A stretch of 50,177 bases of DNA from a virus (lineage: Duplodnaviria; Caudoviricetes), in the IMG/VR virus record IMGVR_UViG_3300017912_001856, positions 1 to 50,177 of that record. One strand, given 5' to 3'. Below, in pieces: positions 10,872 to 20,569 of this stretch; positions within the stretch are counted from its first letter, which is position 1; the number at the start of each line of letters is the position of its first letter. Position numbers and translations under genes: made by a program. The notes under the pieces are model-generated. The model saw only the letters and a program-made list of their open reading frames with translations. It searched no databases and had not been told where the DNA came from.

Positions 10872-12305
10872 ATGCAAGACTTTAATTATAATATACAGAA
10901 GTTATTTTTAGAAATGTTTTTATCTGATGCAGAAACATTTGTAAGATGTCAATCCATTTTTAACAGTGAAAACTTTGATCAAAAGTTGCGTGAAACTGCA
11001 ACATTTATTAACAAGTATGTTGATGAATACAAAGTTATGCCTGAAAGAGATATCGTAAACAAGTCTTGTGATATTGATCTTGCTGATGCAAGTAATGTAG
11101 GCCCAGAGCACACTGATTGGTTATTAGATACATTTGAACAGTTTAGTAGACATAAAGGATTAGAAAGAGCAATTTTAAAAAGTGCTGACATGTTAGAAAA
11201 AGGTGAGTATGGTCCTGTAGAAGGCATTATTAAAGATGCAATACAGGTAGGACTTGCAAAAGACATGGGTACAGATTATTGGAGTGATCCTAAAGCAAGA
11301 CTATTAGGATTAAAAGATAACAACGGTCAGGTAAGCACAGGTTGGCCAAGTATAGATAAAAAATTATTTGGTGGGTTTAACAGAGGAGAACTTAATATTT
11401 TTGCAGGAGGATCTGGTGCAGGTAAAAGTTTATTTTTACAGAACATGGCAGTAAACTTTGCACTAGAAGGAATGAATGTATTGTATATTAGTTTAGAACT
11501 TTCTGAAGAACTTACTGCTATGCGTTTAGATAGTATGATTACAGGCGTAGCAACAAGAGAGATTTTTAAGAGTATCGATGACGTTGAGATGAAAGTCAAG
11601 ATGATGGGAAAGAAGGCAGGTCGAATTCAAATCAAATATATGCCTTCCGGTAAAAATGCAAATGACTTAAGATCTTATGTCAAAGAATGGGCAATTAAAA
11701 ACAAATGTACTCCAGATGTTTTATTGATTGACTATTTAGACTTGATGATGCCTTTGAGTGTAAAAGTGTCGCCAAGTGATTTGTTTGTAAAGGACAAGTA
11801 TGTATCTGAAGAGTTACGTAACTTGGCTATGGAATCGCAAACAGTATTTGTTACTGCATCGCAGTTAAACAGAGGTGCAGTTGAGGAGATCGAATTTGAT
11901 CACTCGCACATATCAGGAGGATTGAGTAAGATTCAAACTGCTGACAACGTTATCGGTATCTTTACAAGTAGAGCAATGAAAGAACGTGGTAGATATCAAG
12001 TACAGTTTATGAAAACACGTTCTAGTAGTGGTGTAGGACAAAAGGTTGATTTAGAATTTGATGTGGATAGTTTGCGTATTAGAGATCTTGCAGAAGATGA
12101 AGAATATCAATCATTTAAAAAACAAAGTTCTACAATATACGAAGGACTTAAAAAACAATCTACAGTAACTGAAACTAACACAGATCAAGGTAAAGAAACT
12201 GCACTGCGTGAACCAGGAGAAGGTGACACTATAGGTAAAGTTAGTGGTAAAGCACAGTCAACAAAACTAAGACAACTGTTGCAAGGTTTGAATACAGAAG
12301 AGTAG
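10872..12305 (+). CDS. Replicative DnaB/gp41-like helicase
   Basis: GGSGAGKS, SLEL, IDYLDL, SQLNR and QTAD motifs. Confidence 0.92.
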   Translation: MQDFNYNIQKLFLEMFLSDAETFVRCQSIFNSENFDQKLRETATFINKYVDEYKVMPERDIVNKSCDIDLADASNVGPEHTDWLLDTFEQFSRHKGLERAILKSADMLEKGEYGPVEGIIKDAIQVGLAKDMGTDYWSDPKARLLGLKDNNGQVSTGWPSIDKKLFGGFNRGELNIFAGGSGAGKSLFLQNMAVNFALEGMNVLYISLELSEELTAMRLDSMITGVATREIFKSIDDVEMKVKMMGKKAGRIQIKYMPSGKNANDLRSYVKEWAIKNKCTPDVLLIDYLDLMMPLSVKVSPSDLFVKDKYVSEELRNLAMESQTVFVTASQLNRGAVEEIEFDHSHISGGLSKIQTADNVIGIFTSRAMKERGRYQVQFMKTRSSSGVGQKVDLEFDVDSLRIRDLAEDEEYQSFKKQSSTIYEGLKKQSTVTETNTDQGKETALREPGEGDTIGKVSGKAQSTKLRQLLQGLNTEE

Positions 12306-12317
12306 GAAAGTAGGCCT

Positions 12318-12884
12318 ATGAAATCAACATCACAGGCAAAGCAAGATATCTGGGTCTATAATACACTAGGCAAAAATAAAACTTATATTGAAATAGGTGC
12401 CGCACTTCCTAAAATAAGAAATAATACTTACAACTTAGAAGTACTTCACGGTTGGAAAGGTTACAGTATTGAATTAGATAGTTCAGTTAAAAAATTCTGG
12501 AAAACTGAAAGAAAAAATAAGTGCTATTACGAAGACGCAAAAACTTTTAATCATATACAAGCATTAGAAAATAACAAAATGAGCAAACATGTTAACTATG
12601 TTTCTTGTGATATAGAACCAGCAGAAAACACTTTTATTGCTCTTAAAAATTTAATTGATCAAGGCATAACTTTTGATTTACTTACGTTTGAACATGATAA
12701 GTTTAGAGGAAGTGATGTAGATTATGATTTACTTGCTACAGAATATTTAAAAACAAAAGGCTATAATGTAGCAGTATCAGATGTATACTTTAAAGATCCA
12801 AGTCGTGTATTTGAAACTTGGTATGCAAATCAGGCATTACAGATTCAACCTGTACAATATCTGTATTGGTTACAAACCATATAA
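12318..12884 (+). CDS. FkbM-like SAM-dependent methyltransferase
   Basis: SQAKQD, YIEIGA, NNTY.LE...GW.G, SCDIE and TFEH motifs. Confidence 0.7.
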   Translation: MKSTSQAKQDIWVYNTLGKNKTYIEIGAALPKIRNNTYNLEVLHGWKGYSIELDSSVKKFWKTERKNKCYYEDAKTFNHIQALENNKMSKHVNYVSCDIEPAENTFIALKNLIDQGITFDLLTFEHDKFRGSDVDYDLLATEYLKTKGYNVAVSDVYFKDPSRVFETWYANQALQIQPVQYLYWLQTI

Positions 12885-12917
12885 TTCACCACTAAATACT
12901 ATTAGGAGACACTATAT

Positions 12918-13172
12918 ATGAAATGGTTCTTAGTGGCTTTAATGGCTACTATATACATGGACGGTAGTAGAAATACTTATGTTTGGACTACACCACATTT
13001 TGAAAGCGTCGAGCAGTGTCAACAATATGCACAAGAAAATGCTAATATGTTGCGATACCAATTGTTCGATGTATTTCCTAGTGAGTCGTTAGAAAGCATA
13101 TGGTGTTTCAACGAAGATATGTTGCAAAAATTCTTAGACATGTCCACACAACAGCCTAAAATAGGAACATAA
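12918..13172 (+). CDS. Small exported hypothetical protein
   Basis: N-terminal hydrophobic signal, two Cys, TAAATA and AGGAG upstream. Confidence 0.65.
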   Translation: MKWFLVALMATIYMDGSRNTYVWTTPHFESVEQCQQYAQENANMLRYQLFDVFPSESLESIWCFNEDMLQKFLDMSTQQPKIGT

Positions 13173-13255
13173 TAATTGGCCAATTATTAACCGTAGTTGT
13201 GACTTTCGTAGTAAATACTGATGTGGAAACACATTAGGCAACGAAAGGCAAAACT

Positions 13256-14938
13256 ATGGAAGAACAAAAGCAAGTTGAGGCTCTGTTAGAACGATTCAAA
13301 AGGCCAATACCACAAGGCAAAATCTACGAAGACAGACTCGCAGAAGAGTTTGAATTAATCCTCAATCAACGTTTCACATCATACTTCCTACAAATTTGTG
13401 ATATACTAGATATTACAACTGACATACCTCACATGACAAGAGGCAGTGCTGGTTCTAGTCTAGTGTGTTACCTGCTAGGAATAACAGATGTAGATCCAAT
13501 AAAATGGAATATACCTGTAGCACGTTTTATGAATCCTTTGCGTGATGACCTTCCTGATGTTGATATTGATTTCCCTCATCATCAACAAGGAATAGTTATG
13601 GATAGGATTTTTAAAAAGTGGCCAGGCAAATCAGCACGACTGTCAAACTATGTATTATACAAAGACAAAAGTGCTAGACGTGAAGCGGCCAAACGATTGG
13701 GTGTAAAAGGAAACTTACCTCGTAACTTCAAATACGAGGACTTAGGCATAGACGTCAAAGAGGCAAAAAGAATAGAAAACAAACTAAAGGGGAAAAAGAA
13801 ATGTATATCAAAACACTGTGGAGGCATCTTAATGTTTACAAGGCAATTACCAAAATCTTTAATATCACAAGACAATCAAATACTGTTGGACAAGAACGAA
13901 GTAGAGGATTTAGAACATCTCAAAGTGGATGTTTTAGCCAATCGAGGTTTGAGTCAACTGTGGGAAATAAGTCAAACACCACTTACAGAATATCCGGCAT
14001 CGGACGAAAAAACATCGGCCTTATTGTGCCGTGGAGATGTGCTTGGGGTAACACAAGCAGAATCACCAGCCATGAGAAGACTGTTCCGGGCAATACAACC
14101 TAAGTCAGTTTACGACTGTGTATTTGCTACTGCACTTATAAGACCTGTAGCAACAAGTGGGCGTAAAACTGCAAGTATGTTTCATGACTGGAGTAAAGAA
14201 AGACAAACAGACACCATAGTATACGAGGACGATGCAATAGAAAGGATAAGTAGTATTATAGGAGTTAACTATTATGAAGCCGATATGTACCGCCGTGCGT
14301 TTGCTAAAAGAAACGAAGAAAAGATTTCAGAATTTATTCAAAGAGTGGGAAGAAGTTCAAAAAAACAATCCGCAATTGACATGCTATACAGTTTATCCGG
14401 ATTTGGTCTCTGTCGGGCACATGCCGTTAACCTCGGAAGACTCATCTGGGCACTCGCCTACCAAAAAGCACACAACAGAGAAAGATTCTGGCAAGCCTGT
14501 TTAAACAACGCACAAGGTTCTTATAGACGTTGGGTACACAAAAACGAAGCCAAACGTGTTGGGATATTTTCAAAAACAAAATCACGTTCTGACATAATTG
14601 ACGATCCTGTTTATCAATACAAGAAATATGGTTGGTGGAGCAGTGAACGTTTTCTTCCTGGCATGTTTGTAAAAGGCACATACATGGATCATGTTGAGTT
14701 TGCAGGACTAGTAGCAAACGGTCGTGTGTACAAAGGCGACAAAGGCAAGTACATTACTTTTCTAATGTTGGGTATTAACAACGGAGAGTATGTGGATATA
14801 ACAGTAAAGAAACCAGTTACCTATGCTGACTCAGATGTTATATGGGGTACAGGAAAAGTAAAATACAAAGACGGTTCTGAATACATCGAAGCAGATCAAG
14901 TTAAGTCGTATAAAATAGATAAATGGCTCAATCGCTAG
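13256..14938 (+). CDS. dnaE: PHP-less DnaE (Pol III alpha)-like polymerase
   Basis: RGSAGSSLVCYLLGITDVDP, PDVDIDF, KHCGG and KVDVL motifs; probable C-terminal OB-like region. Confidence 0.88.
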   Translation: MEEQKQVEALLERFKRPIPQGKIYEDRLAEEFELILNQRFTSYFLQICDILDITTDIPHMTRGSAGSSLVCYLLGITDVDPIKWNIPVARFMNPLRDDLPDVDIDFPHHQQGIVMDRIFKKWPGKSARLSNYVLYKDKSARREAAKRLGVKGNLPRNFKYEDLGIDVKEAKRIENKLKGKKKCISKHCGGILMFTRQLPKSLISQDNQILLDKNEVEDLEHLKVDVLANRGLSQLWEISQTPLTEYPASDEKTSALLCRGDVLGVTQAESPAMRRLFRAIQPKSVYDCVFATALIRPVATSGRKTASMFHDWSKERQTDTIVYEDDAIERISSIIGVNYYEADMYRRAFAKRNEEKISEFIQRVGRSSKKQSAIDMLYSLSGFGLCRAHAVNLGRLIWALAYQKAHNRERFWQACLNNAQGSYRRWVHKNEAKRVGIFSKTKSRSDIIDDPVYQYKKYGWWSSERFLPGMFVKGTYMDHVEFAGLVANGRVYKGDKGKYITFLMLGINNGEYVDITVKKPVTYADSDVIWGTGKVKYKDGSEYIEADQVKSYKIDKWLNR

Positions 14939-15174
14939 TGATCATAAACTTCTGTTTTTGAAGGATCAACTCTAATTACTTTACAGTAAGCAGTTGCTTT
15001 GTCTTGGGGGTCTTGTAAAAAATCATATCGATAGTTTCCATAACGCTTTACAACACGACTTGCATACCAATTGCAAGTTTCAATGCTACGAAAAATCATA
15101 CTGTTAGGTTGTGTCTGTCTTGATTCTCCCGATCCAAGAACAATCACAAGCATGAAAGCATGTATCATTTCCAC
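14935..15174 (-). CDS. Small hypothetical protein
   Basis: 79-aa ORF with hydrophobic N-terminus. Confidence 0.65.
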   Translation of the reverse strand: MEMIHAFMLVIVLGSGESRQTQPNSMIFRSIETCNWYASRVVKRYGNYRYDFLQDPQDKATAYCKVIRVDPSKTEVYDH

Positions 15175-15176
15175 TA

Positions 15177-15656
15177 TTAGTATCCTCTATTTTGTATGTA
15201 TAGATATACTATTCCTATTACAAATACTGATGCAACAATTACCAATCCTATAACAGCAAGTATTTCAAGAAACTTTCTTTGTCTATCTTGTTGTGCGTAG
15301 ATTGCCTCTTGTCTTTTCTTTCTTATGTCTGCTTCTGTCTTAATTAATTCTTGCCACGCAGTTGGTCCTCTTGTGGCAGTGATGATCTGTCTCAGTTGAT
15401 CACGCATGTCTTCTGCTTTTTTCTTTGCCATAAACACTGCCATGGCTTCTTCTTCTACAGAACCTGCGTTAAATATTTTTTTGAATAGTGGGGGTTTGTT
15501 AGCGTTCTCTTCTGCTTTTTTTAGATCGCTCATGCAGTTCATCCAGCGACCCAAATCGCCCGCCATGGATTCGATATCCCTGCCTACACTAAAGCCGGAT
15601 TTGATAGCATTGAATGCCGCGGTTGCTCCCGCTATGGCTGTTACTGGATCTATCAA
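15177..15656 (-). CDS. Hypothetical coiled-coil protein with C-terminal TM helix
   Basis: IDPVTAIAGATAAF N-terminus; C-terminal hydrophobic anchor. Confidence 0.75.
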   Translation of the reverse strand: MIDPVTAIAGATAAFNAIKSGFSVGRDIESMAGDLGRWMNCMSDLKKAEENANKPPLFKKIFNAGSVEEEAMAVFMAKKKAEDMRDQLRQIITATRGPTAWQELIKTEADIRKKRQEAIYAQQDRQRKFLEILAVIGLVIVASVFVIGIVYLYIQNRGY

Positions 15657-15713
15657 CCCTCAGTCCTTCGCTCTAAATCTTGCTCAAAAGTATTTAGCGA
15701 AAGACAAAAAAAA

Positions 15714-16280
15714 TTAGTTAAAGTACTTGTTTACTGATTGATTAATTGCTTCGTGTGTTTGTGTTTTCCACAACTGAGTGCTAGGCAATTCAAAAAGATT
15801 TCTTGGACAGGGTTTGGTTAACCAACGATGCTGTGGAGTCCAAGGTTCTTGACCACTCATTTCACCTTCCAACTGTCCTGCCTGCCATGCTGATATACCA
15901 ACACACAGTTTCCAATGTTTTGGACCTACTCCTGAACAGATGTGTTTCATCATGTCAACACTGCTGGTAACTGACACAGAATTTGTTACGTGCCAAGTGT
16001 TATGAGTTACAACATCTGGTGTGTGTAAAAAGTGTATTGAATTGTCCTGTACTGGACCGCCTATGTAAACCGGATCATTGTAGGCATAGTCCATGCCAAG
16101 ATCCTGTGCTATGTTTTTTACCATGATAGCACTGCTGACTTTGTTAAGTGCCAATCCCCATGATCCTCTGTCATGATGTTCACAAACCAACACAACACTT
16201 TGAAAAAAGAAACTGCTTACTGATGTTGGTTGTGCTATTAGTAACTGACCTTGATAACCCTGTTTCAAATTAATTCGCAT
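15714..16280 (-). CDS. YqgE/AlgH (DUF179) family protein
   Basis: LLIA.P, F..SVVLVCEH, GLALN, GGPV and W..GQLEGE motifs. Confidence 0.88.
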   Translation of the reverse strand: MRINLKQGYQGQLLIAQPTSVSSFFFQSVVLVCEHHDRGSWGLALNKVSSAIMVKNIAQDLGMDYAYNDPVYIGGPVQDNSIHFLHTPDVVTHNTWHVTNSVSVTSSVDMMKHICSGVGPKHWKLCVGISAWQAGQLEGEMSGQEPWTPQHRWLTKPCPRNLFELPSTQLWKTQTHEAINQSVNKYFN

Positions 16281-16702
16281 CTATCTAGCACGTTTCAATT
16301 GTATTGTAGTTTGTTTGCGACCTTTCCGGCTGGGTGGTCTTTCACCGATTGGTCTTAGTTCTGCTTGTTCTACATTGACTCGTTGTTTGTCTGCATGACG
16401 GCCAGGTTTGATCATGCCTTTGGAATCTACACTTTTGTCTGACATACCAGTCTCCTTGTATGTGTGTATTTACCTAATCTGTGTGCTTACAAACCAAATA
16501 TCCTATCAAGTCCATACATGATTGCACCCATCATGCCCAGTGTAGCAAACTGCAACACACTGGCCACAGCCACAATTAGTAGGCCTCTATCCGCCCACCA
16601 TTTGCCTTCTGTTTCATGCCAAGCACGAATCTGTTCAGGTGTTGCAGGTTTGTACTTCACTGTTTGTCCTGATCTTGAAACTGTTTGAGTTTTCGCAACC
16701 AT
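16281..16702 (-). CDS. Two small hypothetical ORFs (16281-16445, 16487-16702)
   Basis: First has an AAGGAG RBS; second has a TM segment. Confidence 0.55.
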
Positions 16703-16724
16703 TGGATCAATTCACAGAGATTCA

Positions 16725-16877
16725 CTAGTGTTCAGTGCCTCTGTAGCACAGTCCTTGAACAGGTGCCTGTGTTTCTCGTTGAATAGCAGAGTGTTTTACT
16801 CCTCTGTATACACCACCTACACTTGAACTGGGTTCACGTGAGACTGAAGTGTAACGTATGCCTCTATAATAGTTCAT
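16725..16877 (-). CDS. Small YRG-repeat protein (DUF4278-like)
   Basis: 50 aa with YRGI, YRGV and YRGT; AAGGAGG RBS inside the iscU 3' end. Confidence 0.6.
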   Translation of the reverse strand: MNYYRGIRYTSVSREPSSSVGGVYRGVKHSAIQRETQAPVQGLCYRGTEH

Positions 16878-17305
16878 TGTGTTCCTCCTTGCTGATTGTG
16901 TTTGCGATGTGCAGTCTTTTGTTCCCAATCTAGTATTGCACGTTCAATTGCTTCTTCAGCCAACACTGAACAGTGTATCTTGATTGGGGGTAGTGAAAGC
17001 ATTTCTGCAATTTCCTTGTTGCTGATCTGTTTTGCTTCATCAAGTGTTTTGCCTTTCAAAAACTCTACAAATGTAGTTGAACTTGCAATAGCACTACCGC
17101 AACCATAGGTTTTAAATTTGACATCCGTTATGCGATCGTCAAGATCCAATTTCAAATCCAGTTTCATTACATCGCCGCAACTAGGTGCTCCCACCATGCC
17201 TGTTGCCACCATAGGATCTTTAGGATCAAAACGACCCACACCGTGTGCCGCCGGGTTAGACAGAACAGATTCGAATCTGTCTACTACTTCTTTTGAATAT
17301 GCCAT
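16874..17305 (-). CDS. iscU: Fe-S cluster scaffold IscU
   Basis: GAPSCGDVM, FKTYGCGSAIAS and LPPIKIHCSVLA motifs. Confidence 0.95.
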   Translation of the reverse strand: MAYSKEVVDRFESVLSNPAAHGVGRFDPKDPMVATGMVGAPSCGDVMKLDLKLDLDDRITDVKFKTYGCGSAIASSTTFVEFLKGKTLDEAKQISNKEIAEMLSLPPIKIHCSVLAEEAIERAILDWEQKTAHRKHNQQGGTQ

Positions 17306-17331
17306 AATGTATGTGAAAATTTATTAGTTGT

Positions 17332-17360
17332 ATTATATGTTTATTTATAGACTTTGTCAA
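17332..17360 (-). promoter_or_regulatory. Sigma70-type promoter with embedded TATAAATA, upstream of iscU
   Basis: TTGACA-aagtcTATAAATAaaca-TATAAT, 17-nt spacer. Confidence 0.7.
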
Positions 17361-18022
17361 GTCGGTTTGGCAAAAATCACAGGGGCGGAGCACCACGGTA
17401 GCGATAGACTCTCGCGAAGCGTTAGCGGAAAAATTTAGAGCGTAGCGACTAGCGGTAGCGGTGCTAGACGCCTAGGTTGTGATCACTTTCATGGTCCACT
17501 GAGGGACAGACTGAACCCCACAGCATTACAAACTCTGTGTATTCAGGCGTGCCTAAGGGTACCCAAAAACGTGTTCTATTGAGGTGTATCTCGTATTGTA
17601 AACTGTGTTTCTTTATGAATTGGAAGACTGACTGGATGTGTGGGTCTTGTGTGTAGACGCAGAACTGTTGGCTCTTAGATAACTTTCCGCTATGAGTCTG
17701 TGATGAGTTTTTAATAGTATTTGTCCTTCTCTGTTGATCACAAGATAACTGACTGAGCCATCTCGTGCTGTTGTAGTTTCTACCCTCATAGTACTAGTAC
17801 TTATTGCGTATACGCCCTTAGGGTGTAAAAGTGTGAAGTTATGGGAACGAAATAGAGTTGCGAGACTGCTATTTATCCAAACTGTAGTTGACTATGAGTA
17901 AACAGTGCGTTTTAAGGGGGTTTAACGTGCAGTACGTGTGTAGAGCAGTAATTGTACTCTTGTGTACTTAATTATGCTGTATGACGCTTAAAACGTGTTT
18001 AAGACACCTATTTTAGACGGTT

Positions 18023-18280
18023 TTAGTCTTGCTCTACGCAGTTTGATGGTGCAAACACACATATTAAGTAGTTTAGTGCATTTGGATCGTGTACTACACT
18101 TATGTTTGAGTCTTTTGTAGAGGATTCTCGTGATTTGTCTGTACGTGCGGGATCTCGTGAATAATCGTGTATAGTAGACTTATCAGCAGTAAGCATACTC
18201 TGTTTGCAGGCTGGTATTAGCAGTACTAGTATAGCACACAATAACAGTGCAACGGCTATGTTTTCTAGTTTGGAGTTCAT
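18023..18280 (-). CDS. Putative lipoprotein-like hypothetical protein
   Basis: Hydrophobic N-terminus ending in IPAC. Confidence 0.5.
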   Translation of the reverse strand: MNSKLENIAVALLLCAILVLLIPACKQSMLTADKSTIHDYSRDPARTDKSRESSTKDSNISVVHDPNALNYLICVFAPSNCVEQD

Positions 18281-18468
18281 ATCAGGAGATATTTACCCAA
18301 ACTGGCAGTATAGTGGGAGAGAACAAAACGATTCAAAACTGCAGGACCAGACCCCGTATATAGTAGCAAAAAAATCTGCTAATAAAATTTTAAAATCCAG
18401 ATTTTTCGATGCCAGGTGATTCTGCATCACCATGGTTTTATTTTATAAGCCCCTCAGGTTATTTTTTC

Positions 18469-18499
18469 AAAAAGAAAGGGCGAATCTCTCCGCCCTCTC
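18469..18499 (-). terminator. Rho-independent terminator closing the early-gene block
   Basis: GAGAGGGCGG/TCGCCCTTTC stem followed by a T-run on the minus strand. Confidence 0.75.
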
Positions 18500-18540
18500 A
18501 TCTGCGTGTCCCCGCAGTAGGATTGTTTATTAGTTTATTA

Positions 18541-18936
18541 TTAGTCTGCTCTAGATTCCATGTACGCAGTAAAGCCATACTTACGGAACACATCTGCACA
18601 TGCTTGAGCACCCACTTCTTTTACGTCCATGCTCTGTCCACCATGTCCACTTGGGTTCCAAATTGAGTACGCACCACTGTAGTCTTTTTCTAGGCCTGCA
18701 CTCTTGAATGCTTTACCCAGTTTGGTGTTGCCCTTTACACCATAGATTTTAGTTGAAGCAAAGCCACAGTACATAGGCTCACCATACTCATTGCCACCTG
18801 TCTTTGCATTCCAATCTGCCAAGAACTCTACCACAGCCTTTTGTGCGGCTTCAATTGCTTCTTGTTTGATTGCCTGTACATCACTTGCAGTGTACATGTT
18901 TACGTCTTGTCCAATTTGTGCTATTGTGTTTTGCAT
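18541..18936 (-). CDS. Early-type hypothetical protein
   Basis: Own promoter and AAAGCGAGGA leader; CGFA...QSMD.KE motif. Confidence 0.8.
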   Translation of the reverse strand: MQNTIAQIGQDVNMYTASDVQAIKQEAIEAAQKAVVEFLADWNAKTGGNEYGEPMYCGFASTKIYGVKGNTKLGKAFKSAGLEKDYSGAYSIWNPSGHGGQSMDVKEVGAQACADVFRKYGFTAYMESRAD

Positions 18937-18981
18937 TTCGTCCTCGCTTTGTTTAGTTAATATAAGTATATTGTAGCCTCA

Positions 18982-19305
18982 TTAAGCGGCTTTGTCAACC
19001 ATTTTGAACCCGATTGAAGCCACTTCCCAAAGGTCGTTTGCACCCTCTACTTGCATACGATCTCTAACACTTGTGCTTCTGTGTCCCCACTTTTTGCCAT
19101 CTTGATCTACGTGTAGATCTTTAAGCACAGTTACCCCTGGATTGTTATCTGGATTGCCGTCCTTGATTGACCATGAACCTTCAATGTTCTGTGTCCAACG
19201 ATAGGCATACTCTAGGCATTCTTGTACAGTATTGCCCAGTGCTTCCACTCGTGCCACTGTTTCTGGTTGATCTTCAAATGCTGTGTGAATTACTGTGATA
19301 AACAT
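18982..19305 (-). CDS. Early-type hypothetical protein
   Basis: Own promoter and GGAGCGA leader; AYRWTQN...SWS and RSTSV motifs. Confidence 0.8.
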   Translation of the reverse strand: MFITVIHTAFEDQPETVARVEALGNTVQECLEYAYRWTQNIEGSWSIKDGNPDNNPGVTVLKDLHVDQDGKKWGHRSTSVRDRMQVEGANDLWEVASIGFKMVDKAA

Positions 19306-19387
19306 GTTCGCTCCTTTTTGTTAACTTATACTAATATAATACAGTCTAAACTCGTTTTGTCAACCGTTTTTGGACGGGACCTGCCCA

Positions 19388-19447
19388 ACTCTTTTTACCC
19401 TAAAAAGAGTGAACCCTGTACACGGAGCGAGGATGTGTACAGGGTTC
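19388..19447. repeat. Two adjacent perfect hairpins (10-bp and 13-bp stems)
   Basis: ACTCTTTTTA/TAAAAAGAGT and GAACCCTGTACAC/GTGTACAGGGTTC. Confidence 0.9.
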
Positions 19448-19491
19448 TTTAATGCTCGTACCTGAATCAGCCTATTGAGCGAGGGTAAGGA

Positions 19492-20529
19492 TTAGGCTTT
19501 CATCACTGTGGTACTTGCATAATCCCTCCAGTCTGAAGGGAAACTTTTGGCCAGGTCCGCGATCTTAAGTACTGTACGTAAACTTAACTCTCTCAATCGC
19601 TTCTTGTTTTCATCGATGAATTCAATTACATCATCTTTTCTTTCTTGTGGCATGTCATAGTCATCCAACATGCCATCCCTGACAATCTGTTTAATACGTA
19701 GCATCTTTTCACGTTCACCGTCTATGGTTAGGTCCACATAGTGACAACGTGATTCAAGTGCTTCTAGGTGATCCTTTAGTTTCTTGGATCTTACATTTTC
19801 AAACTTGATGTTTGTGATAAAGATCGCTGAACCCTTGAATTCAAAACGATCTGGAATACCTTCTGAACGCAGTAGTCGTGAATCAGTGTTCCATGAAATG
19901 TAACGTTTCTTACTGGTGTCCAGAGCCGCCTTCAAGATATTAAGCGACAGGTCATCTAACAGTACTGAGTCACAGTCATCAAACACAACCACATTCTTTG
20001 GGTTGGAGTACTTGTACAGTTTTGCATATAGTCCTATGGCACTCATTGCACCCTTAACAACTTCAAACTTTCTAGGTACTCCTGAGATGTCTTCAAACGC
20101 ACTGTCCTTGTTTAGTTGTTCTTCAACGCCGTAACTCTTACCAACACCTGGAGGGCCACTTACAATCATTGCTTTGATGTCGCCTTCCTTTGCGGCCCTA
20201 GTCATGTCGTCCAGTATCTTAAAACGTTTACCGATTCGATCCATGATCTGTTCATCAGTTTCGTCTGACTTCACTTTCTTCTTCATCTCGTCCTGTTTAA
20301 CACTGTCGAAGTTTGAATCCACAATTTTATAGTCCTGTGGAGTTTCAATTCTAATACGTATACTTCTTTCTGGGAAGCCTGGTTGTGCCGCGCCATCTAC
20401 TGTAACGTAACTGCCATTCTTGCCTTGCTTGAAGTGTTCGATTAGTGGGAAACGCATTCCAGAAACTGAAATGTCATTGCCTCTGATCTTGTAACTACCT
20501 TCTTTGATTTCAATTAATGCTGTTTTCAT
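19492..20529 (-). CDS. AAA+ family ATPase
   Basis: GPPGVGKS Walker A, VVFDDCD Walker B, ITN sensor and ALESR Arg finger. Confidence 0.85.
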   Translation of the reverse strand: MKTALIEIKEGSYKIRGNDISVSGMRFPLIEHFKQGKNGSYVTVDGAAQPGFPERSIRIRIETPQDYKIVDSNFDSVKQDEMKKKVKSDETDEQIMDRIGKRFKILDDMTRAAKEGDIKAMIVSGPPGVGKSYGVEEQLNKDSAFEDISGVPRKFEVVKGAMSAIGLYAKLYKYSNPKNVVVFDDCDSVLLDDLSLNILKAALDTSKKRYISWNTDSRLLRSEGIPDRFEFKGSAIFITNIKFENVRSKKLKDHLEALESRCHYVDLTIDGEREKMLRIKQIVRDGMLDDYDMPQERKDDVIEFIDENKKRLRELSLRTVLKIADLAKSFPSDWRDYASTTVMKA

Positions 20530-20569
20530 ATCTCGCTCCTTATCTCGCTTTGTTAATTGTTCTTACAGT

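Noticed and set aside
7619-14938. One dnaE split by an intron or intein
   Set aside because: Both ORFs carry the same catalytic motifs, and no intein or intron signatures were seen.
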